Origin: Nitrospiraceae bacterium
GTDB taxonomy: Bacteria > Nitrospirota > Thermodesulfovibrionia > UBA6902
Direction: 5' to 3'
Length of the DNA stretch: 64,000 bases
NCBI GenBank assembly: GCA_003599505.1
Contig: QZKO01000045.1
Location: 2,535-66,534, forward strand
This document shows positions 31,276 to 41,183 of the stretch, one piece after another. The position numbers and the translations under genes are program-made. How positions within the stretch are numbered: the stretch's first letter is position 1; each line of letters opens with the position of its first letter. The notes beneath the pieces are model-generated. The model had not been told where the DNA came from, ran no database searches, and saw nothing but the letters and a program-made list of their open reading frames with translations.

Positions 31276-31557
31276 ATGATCGTCGGCCTCCTTACACTTG
31301 ATCTACACATATTTGAATCACATTCTTTAAAAGAAAAACGGTTTGTCATCAAAAGCCTTATCGACAGGATAAAAAACAAATTCAATGTCTCGGTAGCCGA
31401 AGTCGACGCCAACGACCTCTGGCAGAGGGCCGTAATCGGCATAGCCTGCGTCTCGAATGAGACAGTGATGGTCAATAAGGTTTTTGAGCAGATCAAAAAC
31501 CTGGTCCTGGGCACGCATTCCGTGGAATTAATCAATTCCACAACGGAGTTGTTGTAA
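31276..31557 (+). CDS. DUF503 (YlxP-like) protein
   Basis: HSLKEKR, KFNVSVAEV, DLWQRA; conserved position after infB. Confidence 0.9.
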   Translation: MIVGLLTLDLHIFESHSLKEKRFVIKSLIDRIKNKFNVSVAEVDANDLWQRAVIGIACVSNETVMVNKVFEQIKNLVLGTHSVELINSTTELL

Positions 31558-31588
31558 TGAAGTTAACGATCCTCCTCTATTGAAAAAA

Positions 31589-34096
31589 TTATCCTTCTAA
31601 TCTTGCCTCAAGCTCCGATTTGAAATCTCTATAAGTCTTTTCTTTCAATTTCTTAAAGAATAAATCATAACTCATTGGAGATAGAAATTTGAAATAATAT
31701 TTATGTTCCTGTTGCAGTTCATTAAGCCTGTTAAAGTGTTTTCTTGAATATTCAAGTTTTTTCCTATTCTCATCCCCTGATATTCCTTCATATGCTTTAT
31801 CATCTTTAATTTCTACCACAAGAATATCATTCAATATTTTTATGAAAAAATCAGGATTAAAACTCCCCTGCTTAGGATGCTCGCCTTTACGCCAGGAATA
31901 ATCAATCTTGTAAAAGCCTATATCAGGAGATTTAAACCATGCATCAATTATTCTGGAATTTTCTTCTTTGATTAGGCCCTTGATAAATTTTCGTTCAGGC
32001 TCATAAGCAGCCAATATTATATTCAGGTGCGTTTTGAAGTTGTATCTGTTTGCCACTTTTATAATAGCTGATTTTGGTAAACTCTCATCTTCATCAAGTT
32101 CTTTCAAAAGCTTAATATCTTCTGCTTCTCCTAAAATCAAAGAGTTGTCATCAAAGAATATTGTCCCATCACGTCTAAGCGACCCAATGCCAATGCTATT
32201 TTTCTTAACTTTAGTAGTACTAATTTTATATGGTTCATTTGATTTTGGGACTATCCTTGGGAAGATACTACTCTTTCTCTTAATAACGCCAAATGCGCGC
32301 AATGCTTTCAATCTATTTTCCTCACTGATAAAACTTGTCTTATCTTTTATTTCCTTTAAAGATTGTTGGATAACTTGCTCAATCCGTTTTTTAGTCCATA
32401 TTTCACTGTAGTTAGTTCCTGCATCCTGATCAAAGATATACAGCCGGTTAAAGATATCATTAGCAACATTTTTCACGGGATGCATATTCCTTGCAATATA
32501 ATATTCCCGTTTTTCTCTAAATCCTGTTATTACTGTCTCATATTCTGTTTCTTCTGGTACGATTGCATCTTGACTTGAAAAAGTTATATATCCTTTCTTG
32601 AGCAACTCAAATTCGTCCTCTTTTGGATACTCCTTATTTTCTCCTATGACCTTCTCATAATCAATCTGGTATAAATCAAAGTTGTAGTTCTCTTTCTTAT
32701 TTACAGGATAAGAATGGATTCTTTTCTCAATCTCAAGAACTTCATCTACCAGGTGTTTGATACTGCCTGACCATTTATCATGATTGAAAACTGTGACAAC
32801 TGGCTGATCTCCCTTATAGACTTCAGGTATCCTTAACCCTCTTCCTAAGACCTGCGCAATAAGAAGTTTTGAATTAAACGCCCTTTCCTCATGTGGAACA
32901 ATTTGAAAAACATTTTTAACATCCCAGCCTTCGGAAAGCATACTGACAGAAGCAATCCACTCTACAGGATTGTCTTTATCGTCTACCCTTCGCAGAATCG
33001 GGATATTGTTCTTATGTTCATTGGCAGAAGTAACAATTAAAACCTTCTCTGCCGCTTTCTCTTTGCTGATCTTCTCCTGTTTAGCAAGAAAAGTTATCAG
33101 CTTATCAGTCACTCGTTTACAGGCTGCTATGTTCTTTGTAACAAGGATAGTTATGGGTTTTACTTTCCGATATTTTATTTTCTTGTTTTCAATATGATTT
33201 TCGTAAATTTTCTGAAACTTCTCGTCCTCGTTTCCTGATGAGTCTTCAGCTACATAACGGATGCTTTTAACAAACTTTGACTCAATAGAATCTCTCAAAG
33301 AAAAGCGATGGATTACATCCGTGAAATAGTCATCTCCGATGTAGCAGGTACCTGAAAGGTTCACGATAAACCTGAATCCATATTTAGTGTCAAGCAGAAA
33401 TTCCTTCCACTTTTTGAGCGCAGTATCCGATGGACTCATAAGGTGATGAGCTTCATCGTTCAAAATGAGTGTTCGCTCCCCTTCCCCTACAAGGCTGTCT
33501 TCAATTGCTGATTTGGTATTTATGTAAGTAGCGTGAATATTCTCAATGCATATATCGCCCTTTTGAATGGTGTTAGATGCATTGATAATGCGTGGATTGA
33601 TTATTTTGGAATCAGCAGGCAAAAGTTCTTTTAAAGTTTTATCGGCTGATAGTGTTCTGAATTTTTCTGTTAAACCGGTCTCAATAGTATTTGACGGGCA
33701 GAGGACTAAAACCTGATCAACTGCGCCCTCTGCAAGCATAAGACGTGCAATGCCGTACATCACATAGCTTTTGCCTGTAGCCGTAGCATGCTCCAAAGAA
33801 CACGAAAGTTTATCAGGCAATTGCAGATGGGTTACAAAATCATCAATCGATGAATACTTCTCCTGAAGCTTTGGATTTTTGTGGTAGTTTTCTTCTACTA
33901 AATCCATGAGGCTTTTGTATTCACCGCCTAAAAAGTAGCGCAACGTCTCCCTGATTGCCTCTTTTTGATATTCCCTATTCTCACAGAGAGCATCTAAAAA
34001 AGCTTCATACTTGTTTGGGTCAAACCTTTTGGGGTCATAGTTGGGAGATATCTTGAGGACTAAATCTTTGTTTTGAAAAGTTTGACGGTCAAGCAT
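31589..34096 (-). CDS. Type III restriction subunit (Res): SF2 helicase + PD-(D/E)xK nuclease
   Basis: HATATGKS Walker A, DEAH, LSEGWDV, QVLGRGLR, C-terminal PDFF..VEIK. Confidence 0.85.
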   Translation of the reverse strand: MLDRQTFQNKDLVLKISPNYDPKRFDPNKYEAFLDALCENREYQKEAIRETLRYFLGGEYKSLMDLVEENYHKNPKLQEKYSSIDDFVTHLQLPDKLSCSLEHATATGKSYVMYGIARLMLAEGAVDQVLVLCPSNTIETGLTEKFRTLSADKTLKELLPADSKIINPRIINASNTIQKGDICIENIHATYINTKSAIEDSLVGEGERTLILNDEAHHLMSPSDTALKKWKEFLLDTKYGFRFIVNLSGTCYIGDDYFTDVIHRFSLRDSIESKFVKSIRYVAEDSSGNEDEKFQKIYENHIENKKIKYRKVKPITILVTKNIAACKRVTDKLITFLAKQEKISKEKAAEKVLIVTSANEHKNNIPILRRVDDKDNPVEWIASVSMLSEGWDVKNVFQIVPHEERAFNSKLLIAQVLGRGLRIPEVYKGDQPVVTVFNHDKWSGSIKHLVDEVLEIEKRIHSYPVNKKENYNFDLYQIDYEKVIGENKEYPKEDEFELLKKGYITFSSQDAIVPEETEYETVITGFREKREYYIARNMHPVKNVANDIFNRLYIFDQDAGTNYSEIWTKKRIEQVIQQSLKEIKDKTSFISEENRLKALRAFGVIKRKSSIFPRIVPKSNEPYKISTTKVKKNSIGIGSLRRDGTIFFDDNSLILGEAEDIKLLKELDEDESLPKSAIIKVANRYNFKTHLNIILAAYEPERKFIKGLIKEENSRIIDAWFKSPDIGFYKIDYSWRKGEHPKQGSFNPDFFIKILNDILVVEIKDDKAYEGISGDENRKKLEYSRKHFNRLNELQQEHKYYFKFLSPMSYDLFFKKLKEKTYRDFKSELEARLEG

Positions 34097-34100
34097 AATT

Positions 34101-34604
34101 TCATTTCACCTCTGACCTGAAATCAGCTTTGTGTATACCCGCTTGTATTCTTTTTCTTGCTTCTTCAAAAGATTTCGTATCAGTTGAAGGAGAAAATTGA
34201 ACTATCAGATTGTATTTCTCTCGTAACCGCTTAACATTATGATAAAACTCTTCTTCTGAATAAAAATCTTTGAAAGTTTCATGTAACGATCTTGCTTCAT
34301 GTATTAATACTGTAAAATTCTTAGCAGCAAATAGGTGGTCTTTCGACTTTTTATCGTGTTCTAAAAGAATGTTTAGGATCGAAACTATACCTGAAAATAT
34401 AGTAACCCACGAAATCCAATTAGGCATTCCTAAAATCAAGGCAAAGGCACTCAAAACTGTAATTGCTGGCGGTACAAATTTATACCAAAAAGCTTTTCTG
34501 GAAAGCTTTTTCTCTATAATATAATGGGTTTCGGCAGTATAATTAGAATCTTCCTGAATCTGGTTACATTCTGCTATTAAGTTTTCAATTTTATTATTAT
34601 TCAT
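34101..34604 (-). CDS. SLATT-family 2TM effector; start likely ATG 34604
   Basis: Two adjacent TM helices (FVPPAITVLSAFALILG; WISWVTIFSGIVSILNILL), helical tail PST..FEEARKRI; directly downstream of a CD-NTase. Confidence 0.72.
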   Translation of the reverse strand: MNNNKIENLIAECNQIQEDSNYTAETHYIIEKKLSRKAFWYKFVPPAITVLSAFALILGMPNWISWVTIFSGIVSILNILLEHDKKSKDHLFAAKNFTVLIHEARSLHETFKDFYSEEEFYHNVKRLREKYNLIVQFSPSTDTKSFEEARKRIQAGIHKADFRSEVK

Positions 34605-35538
34605 GGTAAGCACTTACGGGAAATGGAGCATCAAAAAGCTTTCTCCATGCCTCAATGGCTTCATTGTCACTCATAGCAAAAGTTTTTTTACAATGCTCAG
34701 CGATCTTATCAAACAACGTCGAGAGTCCTTGTTTTTCGGTTATAGACATATATCCGTCAGAAGAAGGAGATTTGCTTGCAGGTATATTTGCGGCTTTTAA
34801 AACTTCATCTTTACCCAGCAAGAAAAAATTATAAACTAAACTTGGATAATTAATTTGCCATTTTTGTTCTTTATAATAGTTAATTATAATTAAGATCAAA
34901 GATGCTGCTATCACTTCAAGATGATAAGATTTCATCATAGGGAATAGATTTCTTTTAGCAGCCTTAAGTATTTTAATTATAGGGATGAGATACCCATCAC
35001 TATTTTCATTTGATGATGCGATATGTTCCGCATCATAGTCATAATCAGCTATGACCCATTTATTATTTTTAGGAATCCAGTAACCTCTCCCTACCGGAAG
35101 AGTCGAAGTTCCATCAGGAGCTTTACCTATTTGATCAAGATACGCAGGAACAAGCTCAACTTTTACATTATCTTCATATTCAAAAGTTATTGTGGGATTA
35201 TCAGTCTCTACACCAAGTTTTTCATACGTTCCATGCTCAGTTACAATATCTTCTATCTTCTCCAGTGCATCTTCCGGTTTTATACCACCAGAAGGCAACC
35301 AGTTATAGAAGCTTCCTAATATAACCAATATATCAATATCAAAAATATCTTCCGACCATGGCTGTATTCTTGTCTTTCTTTGCAATGATCCGATCAATTT
35401 CGTCTCAATGGTTGAATCATATGATTCAATCCATTCCCTGATTGCATTGTGATGTGTTGTTACCTCTTCTTGGAAACTTTGGCTTAACTCAAGTTTTGAC
35501 TTGAACAGATTAAAAGCTTGAGTTATATTTAGAGCCAT
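34597..35538 (-). CDS. cGAS/DncV-like nucleotidyltransferase (SMODS/CD-NTase); start likely ATG 35538
   Basis: LIGSLQRKTRI..DIDIL (hGS..DxD), VELVPAY, YWIP..W, IIKILKA, KSYHLEV, WRKLF tail. Confidence 0.85.
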   Translation of the reverse strand: MALNITQAFNLFKSKLELSQSFQEEVTTHHNAIREWIESYDSTIETKLIGSLQRKTRIQPWSEDIFDIDILVILGSFYNWLPSGGIKPEDALEKIEDIVTEHGTYEKLGVETDNPTITFEYEDNVKVELVPAYLDQIGKAPDGTSTLPVGRGYWIPKNNKWVIADYDYDAEHIASSNENSDGYLIPIIKILKAAKRNLFPMMKSYHLEVIAASLILIIINYYKEQKWQINYPSLVYNFFLLGKDEVLKAANIPASKSPSSDGYMSITEKQGLSTLFDKIAEHCKKTFAMSDNEAIEAWRKLFDAPFPVSAYHE

Positions 35539-35543
35539 ATTTA

Positions 35544-37522
35544 TCACTTCCTCCCAAAATCTTTTAAACTTTTTATTTCCCGCTTCTCATTCCCAAATAT
35601 ATCAATGTAAATAATCATGACTTGCCCTTTGACTTTATCGTCAACAAACCTCACCTCATAGTCGTTCTTCTTTAAATCCTCTGCGTAAAAAACTTCGTCA
35701 AGGTCAAAAACTTCTCCGTCAAAATCATAGTCCAGCATGACCATTGAAAGTGTCTCAAGGTTGGCAAATTCAACAGGTTTGCGGGAGATAATTCTGCTCT
35801 CAAACTTTTCAATCTTAATGACGCATTCTTTTATCTTCTGATTCAGCAGATCAGGATTTTTAGGTTTATCCAGATAATATTTGCACTCGACTGTCGGCAC
35901 CTGAACAAAGTCAAATCCTACAGCATCCACCGTATCATTGACATCCATTTCACTTACCGGTTGTTTTATCTTGGTAAATCCACGATTATGGATTTCCTCA
36001 ATAATGGAATAAGGGATGCGGAGAACAAAATATTTTGATTTTCCCTTAGCAATATAATCTTCAAGGAATTGTACCGAGGCAGCGGGTACGACGATGAAAA
36101 AGCGCCTGCCGATTTTGTCTCCAAGATACTTGTGTAGATCATCAATAAAGCCCCTGTCTAACATGGCATTTTTATATTTCTGGTAATTGAAGACAAGGAC
36201 GCTGTCCTCTCCAAGATAGCCATCGAGTTCAATCTTTGAAATCTCATGTTTTTCATCTCGGCACTGAAAGAGCTTTAATGCAAAGTCCCGATACTCCTCC
36301 CATGGAAGTCCTTTAAGCATTTTGTAATCGTAAAGACCTGCATTATAAAGAGTGAAAGGGTTACACTGCTTGCTGAATTTCTTTTTTGGATTCTCAAGGT
36401 CTTTGCTTTCACCAATGTTCAAAAAACGCTTTTGCATTGTATAAATTGCCAGCTTTCCACAGTCCACACCGATCCAACTCCTGCCGAGTTTTTCTGCAAC
36501 AGCAAGGGTAGTTCCTGAACCGGCAAAGCAGTCAAAAACAAGGTCGCCGGGGTTTGAAGAGGCTTTGATGATGCGTTGGAGCAAGGCTTCAGGTTTTTGG
36601 GTAGGGTAGCCAACCTTTTCAGTAGAAGTCGGGATTTGTTGAAAAGACATAATATCGTCCCAAACATCTCCGATAGCTTTTCCTTTTTCCATCACTTCAT
36701 CTAAATAACGTCTGCCACCTCTCCCGTCAAAATATTTCCTGCCGTCCTTATCTACTTTGTTGAATCTATCTATATATTCTTGTCGATGCTGGACGGCGAG
36801 TTTATTAAACATAAAGTCGTTGTTTTTAGCATAAAACAATAGAACATCATGACCTCTAATCCAGTTTTCAGCCTGCGTTTTAAATCCAGAGAGAACGCGA
36901 GTGTCCCAAACTACTTCTCTCTGGAAATGTTGTTCACCAAAAACCTCGTCTAAGAGAATCTTTATGTAGTGCCCTTTTTTTTCATCCAGATGCACATAAA
37001 TACTTCCATCTTCGCTCAATAACTCCTTCAAGCCCAAACAAGTCGCTTTCGTAAGAACTCCAGAAACCTCGCCCCTGCAATTTTGTCCTGATATGCTTTT
37101 TGATCCTGACTTCCACGAAACTCCTGCTTTGTTGCAAAGGGAGGATCAATATAAATTAATCTTACGCCCAGTGTGCCGTCAGCATTTTTGAGTTTTCCTT
37201 TATCCTTCATCTGCAAGAGGGTCTTCAACACTTGAAGGTTGTCGCCAAAGATGAGCATGTTTGTCCAACCGTTGCCGTTTTTACCATTCCGGAAGGTTTT
37301 TACTTTCTGCAAAGGCACAGCCATTGTATCAGCAAGGATATCTTCCTCACGATCCTTGTCGGAATAAATTAGCTCGTACTCTTTCTTGGTATCAAAGAGG
37401 AGGGAATGTTTAAGATTATTAAGCTGCGATATGAGGGCGTCTTTATGCTCTTTTGATAGCGGGTTACCTTTTACAAGAAGGCTTACAATTTCTTCAATAG
37501 CATTATTGGATAGTGTTCTCAT
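35544..37522 (-). pseudogene. Type III Mod adenine methyltransferase split by a frameshift near 37030
   Basis: ORF 37028-37522 has GDNL and IYIDPPF; ORF 35544-37037 continues [30 protein letters not shown] in another frame. Confidence 0.8.
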
Positions 37523-37575
37523 TTGTTTATTACTAATAGAATCAATTCAAACCTATTATTGGCCCCAATGGGTAT

Positions 37576-37617
37576 AAGATAAGACCTAATACCACTATTT
37601 GTCAATGTTAATTAGGT
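37576..37617. promoter_or_regulatory. Putative mod promoter with inverted-repeat operator
   Basis: Minus-strand TTGACA (37605-37600) -18- TATCTT; ACCTAAT (37584) / ATTAGGT (37611) flank the -35. Confidence 0.45.
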
Positions 37618-37672
37618 GTATTGATACATTCACAAACCTTCCTTGTTAATCGCATGATTATGGGGAGGTTAA

Positions 37673-37990
37673 ATGAAAACAAAAGAGCTGATAGGCAAAA
37701 GAATTCAGGAGCTAAGAAAAAGAAGTGGTCTTTCTCAAGAGAAAGTTGCAGAGAAGGCAGATATCAACCCTCATTATCTCAGCCGTATCGAATGCGGCAA
37801 AGAAAACCCCACCCTCGACATGCTCATAAAACTCTCCAATGCCCTTGAAATTGAAATGTGGGAGATGTTTGACTTCGGGCATGTTACCGAAAAGAAGATA
37901 CTTAAAGAATCTCTCCAAACGTTCCTCAAAACCGCTGACGAACCTACCCTCCGCCTCGCCCTGAAAATCATCAGGGCTATTACAAGATAG
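37673..37990 (+). CDS. XRE-family HTH regulator (controller-like), divergent from mod
   Basis: IGKRIQELRK..GLSQEKVAE..YLSRIECGKENPTL. Confidence 0.9.
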   Translation: MKTKELIGKRIQELRKRSGLSQEKVAEKADINPHYLSRIECGKENPTLDMLIKLSNALEIEMWEMFDFGHVTEKKILKESLQTFLKTADEPTLRLALKIIRAITR

Positions 37991-38053
37991 CTTTCTTTCC
38001 CCTATCTTTTTATCACCTGTGATAAAATAACTTAAACGTGACAGGAGGTAATT

Positions 38054-38293
38054 ATGCCGAAAACCATAGAGGCTATTTATGAGGATGGGGTTTTCAAGCC
38101 TATTAAGAAAATCCGCCTTAGAGAACATGAAAAAGTTGAACTGTCTGTACTGACAAAAGCCGAGATTGATGATGTGGCCCGGAAGGCATTAAGCATAATA
38201 GGGATAGGGGGAAGCGGATTGAAAGATACCGCCCAGAGGCATGACGAATATCTTTACGGGAAGAAGCGACATATGCTGAAGAGAAAGAAATGA
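38054..38293 (+). CDS. AF2212/DUF104-like antitoxin
   Basis: IEAIYEDGVFKP, HDEYLYG. Confidence 0.85.
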   Translation: MPKTIEAIYEDGVFKPIKKIRLREHEKVELSVLTKAEIDDVARKALSIIGIGGSGLKDTAQRHDEYLYGKKRHMLKRKK

Positions 38294-38706
38294 TATTTGT
38301 TGATACGGGTGCGTGGGTTGCAATTGCTGATAAAAACGATCAATATGCAAAAGAAGCAAGTCAACAATATACGAGTTTTATTCTAAAAAAGGAGAGGCTT
38401 GTTACATCCAATTTAATCCTTGTTGAAACTTATAATCTCCTTTCACAGACTATAGGGGCCAAAGCTACAATCAGGTTTGGAAATATCCTGAATTCAACCA
38501 ATCTTGTCAGAGTCGAGATCATTACAAAAACAGACTGGGATAGGGGCTGGAAAATTCTTGAGAAATATGATGATAAAGAATTTTCTTTTACGGATTGCAC
38601 AAGCTTTGCTTTAATGGAACGGTTAAAAATAAGAACCGCTTTTTCTTTTGATGCACACTTTGTACAGTATGGTTTTACTAAAATTCCCCCAACGATCCTA
38701 AGGTAA
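38290..38706 (+). CDS. VapC-family PIN toxin
   Basis: IFVDTGAW, FSFTDCTSF, FSFDAHF; ATGA overlap with the antitoxin. Confidence 0.9.
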   Translation: MIFVDTGAWVAIADKNDQYAKEASQQYTSFILKKERLVTSNLILVETYNLLSQTIGAKATIRFGNILNSTNLVRVEIITKTDWDRGWKILEKYDDKEFSFTDCTSFALMERLKIRTAFSFDAHFVQYGFTKIPPTILR

Positions 38707-38730
38707 TCCCTTCAATCATTTTACGACGTA

Positions 38731-39228
38731 TCAAGGAATCTCTTCTAATGAACCAACCGGAGAATAAAATCCATAATCAATCATACGGTTCAGGATTTCA
38801 TCGGCCTTTTTGGGATTAACAGCTTTTCTTCTCACTGCTTTTACAAGAATCCCTATTGTGCCTGTCAATTTAATTCCTGATAAACTTGCCTCTCTTCTTG
38901 CTGCCTTATCGTCACATGCAAATACAAAACCTCTTGCTTTTGCAAGAGAAATACAGGAGGCTTCTCCAAAACCCAGTGATACGGAAAGCGATTCAAAGAG
39001 GGCTTTTTCACTCCTGCTGCGAAGTGTTATTTCTTTGAGCCAGCCATTTCTCAAAGCTTCTCTTATTCTGATAAGCTGGTTGAAGCCTGCAAGTACACCC
39101 TTAGTATTTTCAGCAGACACAAAGTCTGTAATATATGCATTATTTGCGTATAAGATTTTAATTATATCAAGGGAATCCGACAGGGCAAAATTACTCAGGA
39201 CACAATTGTCGAAAATTATTTCAGGCAT
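38731..39228 (-). CDS. DUF3368-type PIN domain toxin
   Basis: IFDNCVL, LGFGEASCI, CDDKAARR, GTIGIL. Confidence 0.85.
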   Translation of the reverse strand: MPEIIFDNCVLSNFALSDSLDIIKILYANNAYITDFVSAENTKGVLAGFNQLIRIREALRNGWLKEITLRSRSEKALFESLSVSLGFGEASCISLAKARGFVFACDDKAARREASLSGIKLTGTIGILVKAVRRKAVNPKKADEILNRMIDYGFYSPVGSLEEIP

Positions 39229-39532
39229 TTACTGAATCCTGAGCAATCTCATCCAGGTCCTGTATTTTAAGAGAGATATGATGCTCTTTCAGGTAAAGCC
39301 GCGCGCTTTCAGGATCAATGCCCAGAATTTCCGAAAGCTTTCCAAGACTGATGAAGCCTTCCTTATACGCCTCAATCGCAATCAATTTTCTATGTTCAAG
39401 AGAACTCCTCTTTTTATAAGTAATATCCACAGACTCCCTTACAAGCTCTCCGAGAGATTTCCCCTCTTTTCTTGCATAAGTTTTTAATTTTTTATGCTGT
39501 TCATCAGTTAGTATTATATTGGTCCTTTTCAT
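39221..39532 (-). CDS. RHH + UPF0175-like antitoxin
   Basis: MKRTNIIL RHH start; AYKEGFISLGKLSEILG. Confidence 0.75.
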   Translation of the reverse strand: MKRTNIILTDEQHKKLKTYARKEGKSLGELVRESVDITYKKRSSLEHRKLIAIEAYKEGFISLGKLSEILGIDPESARLYLKEHHISLKIQDLDEIAQDSVNA

Positions 39533-39545
39533 ACCGCCTCCGGCA

Positions 39546-39596
39546 TATATGTGTAATTATATGTGTAATATAGCATTGCCTGGAATAGAGAGTCAA
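39546..39596 (-). promoter_or_regulatory. TA promoter with tandem 12-bp operator
   Basis: TATATGTGTAAT x2 (39546-39569); minus-strand TTGACT -18- TATATT with extended TG. Confidence 0.55.
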
Positions 39597-39726
39597 TCCG
39601 GATTTTTAATTATCTTCCAGTCGTTCTGTCCATACTTTCCCTCAATTCATTTTTTAAATATGCTACAATTAAAACACATCAATTAATGTATTTGGCATTA
39701 ACATGAAATCAGGTAAAAATTTCTGA

Positions 39727-39750
39727 ATTCCCGATCAAGCCGGGAATGAC
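39727..39750. repeat. REP-like hairpin ATTCCCG-N7-CGGGAATGAC
   Basis: attcccgatcaagccgggaatgac at the island's right edge. Confidence 0.5.
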
Positions 39751-39789
39751 GGCCTATCTAAGGGTTAATGACTGAAGCGAGAGGAAACC

Positions 39790-40167
39790 ATGCATCCATA
39801 CAAACGCTCGGCGCGTGTCGGTGACCTGATAAGGGAAGAAATCGCCGACATTATAATGAACAAGATCAAGCATAAAGACCTCGGTTTTGTCACTGTTACC
39901 GGAGCGAAGGTAAGCGACGATTTGAGGAACGCAACAATATACCTGAGTGTTCTGAAATATGAAGACGCAAACAAGACCCTGCGGAAGCTCAATTCATTGT
40001 CGGCATTAATTAAAGGCGAACTCGGCAGGAGACTGAAGATGAAGTACGTGCCGGCCCTTGCTTTCAGAATCGACGAATCAATCCAGTACGGCATGAAAAT
40101 AGACAAATTGCTTGATGAAGTTAAATCGGAAAGGAGTCACCCTGACGAAGATGAAGATCTCTTCTAA
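39790..40167 (+). CDS. rbfA: Ribosome-binding factor A
   Basis: RSARVGDLI, VTVT..VSDDL, KYVPAL.F..DESI. Confidence 0.95.
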   Translation: MHPYKRSARVGDLIREEIADIIMNKIKHKDLGFVTVTGAKVSDDLRNATIYLSVLKYEDANKTLRKLNSLSALIKGELGRRLKMKYVPALAFRIDESIQYGMKIDKLLDEVKSERSHPDEDEDLF

Positions 40168-41131
40168 GCTTCTGAATATTGTTAAACAGAACAAATCTTT
40201 TATTATTGCCGGGCATATTAACCCCGAAGGCGACGCAATCGGCTCGGCGCTGGCGCTGGCCCTCGGATTAAAAAAAATAGGGAAGAAAGATATCTGCGTG
40301 CTTAGCAGGGACGGTGTGCCGGAGACACTGCAATTTCTGCCTTCCGCGAAACTGATAAAAAAGAGACCTCCTGATAAAAAGTACGACGTCCTGTTCATTG
40401 TTGACTGTAACACACCTGAAAGGACGGGATTCAGGGAGCTTAAAGCCGGGAATACGGTAATTATAGACCACCATATTCCGCCTGCCGATGCCGGCAAATC
40501 GGAATTTTACAGGACCTTGTCCGCTGCCGTCATTGACCCGGGCGCTGCCGCGACGGGGATGCTCGTATACAAGTTCCTTTCCGCACTCAAGGTCCCGATA
40601 GACAAAGATATTGCCACAAATTTATATACCGCGATACTGGTGGATACCGGGGGGTTCAGATATTCAAACACATCTCCTGAATCTTTGATGATGGCGTGCC
40701 ATCTGGTCGGGGCGGGAGCAAGGCCCTGGGATATTACAAAAGAAATTTTTGAAAGCATCCCTTATAAATCGATGAAGCTTCTGGGGCTTTCGATGGCAAC
40801 CCTCGATAAAAAAGACAATATAGCGTGGATTACCGCGACGAGGGAGATGTTCGAAAAGACCGGCACCACAGCCGAGGATTCTGAAGATTTCGTGGATTTT
40901 CCGAGGAAAGTGAAGGGCGCCGAGGCAGCGGTCTTTTTCAGGGAAGATGAAAAAGGTGTTTTTAAACTCAGTCTCCGCTCAAAAGGGAAAGTGGACGTGC
41001 AGAAAATCGCCGAAGGCTTCGGCGGCGGCGGGCATTTCGCGGCAGCGGGGTGCCGGATAAAAGGAACCTTGCGGGAAGTGCAAAGAAAAGTCCTTACAGC
41101 CGTCAGGAAAGCAATTAAGGAAGCAACCTAA
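40151..41131 (+). CDS. nrnA: DHH/DHHA1 phosphoesterase (NrnA-like); start likely ATG 40151
   Basis: GDAIGS, IDHH, DTGGFRY, SLRS, GGGGH. Confidence 0.88.
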   Translation: MKISSKLLNIVKQNKSFIIAGHINPEGDAIGSALALALGLKKIGKKDICVLSRDGVPETLQFLPSAKLIKKRPPDKKYDVLFIVDCNTPERTGFRELKAGNTVIIDHHIPPADAGKSEFYRTLSAAVIDPGAAATGMLVYKFLSALKVPIDKDIATNLYTAILVDTGGFRYSNTSPESLMMACHLVGAGARPWDITKEIFESIPYKSMKLLGLSMATLDKKDNIAWITATREMFEKTGTTAEDSEDFVDFPRKVKGAEAAVFFREDEKGVFKLSLRSKGKVDVQKIAEGFGGGGHFAAAGCRIKGTLREVQRKVLTAVRKAIKEAT

Positions 41132-41135
41132 TCAG

Positions 41136-41163
41136 GCAGGGGCAATTCATGAATTGCCCCTGC
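41136..41163. repeat. Perfect 28-bp palindrome, GTAG-type REP-like
   Basis: gcaggggcaattca|tgaattgcccctgc. Confidence 0.7.
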
Positions 41164-41183
41164 ACTCGTTTTGATTACCGCTC

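Larger units (their letters stand above)
31560..39760. mobile_element. AT-rich defence island between ylxP and rbfA (no integrase seen)
   Basis: Visible GC drop; interrupts the normally contiguous infB-ylxP-rbfA-truB order; R-M, CBASS and TA cargo. Confidence 0.7.

Noticed and set aside
37028..37030. TGA in mod as selenocysteine
   Set aside because: The continuation is in a different frame, so readthrough would not restore the protein
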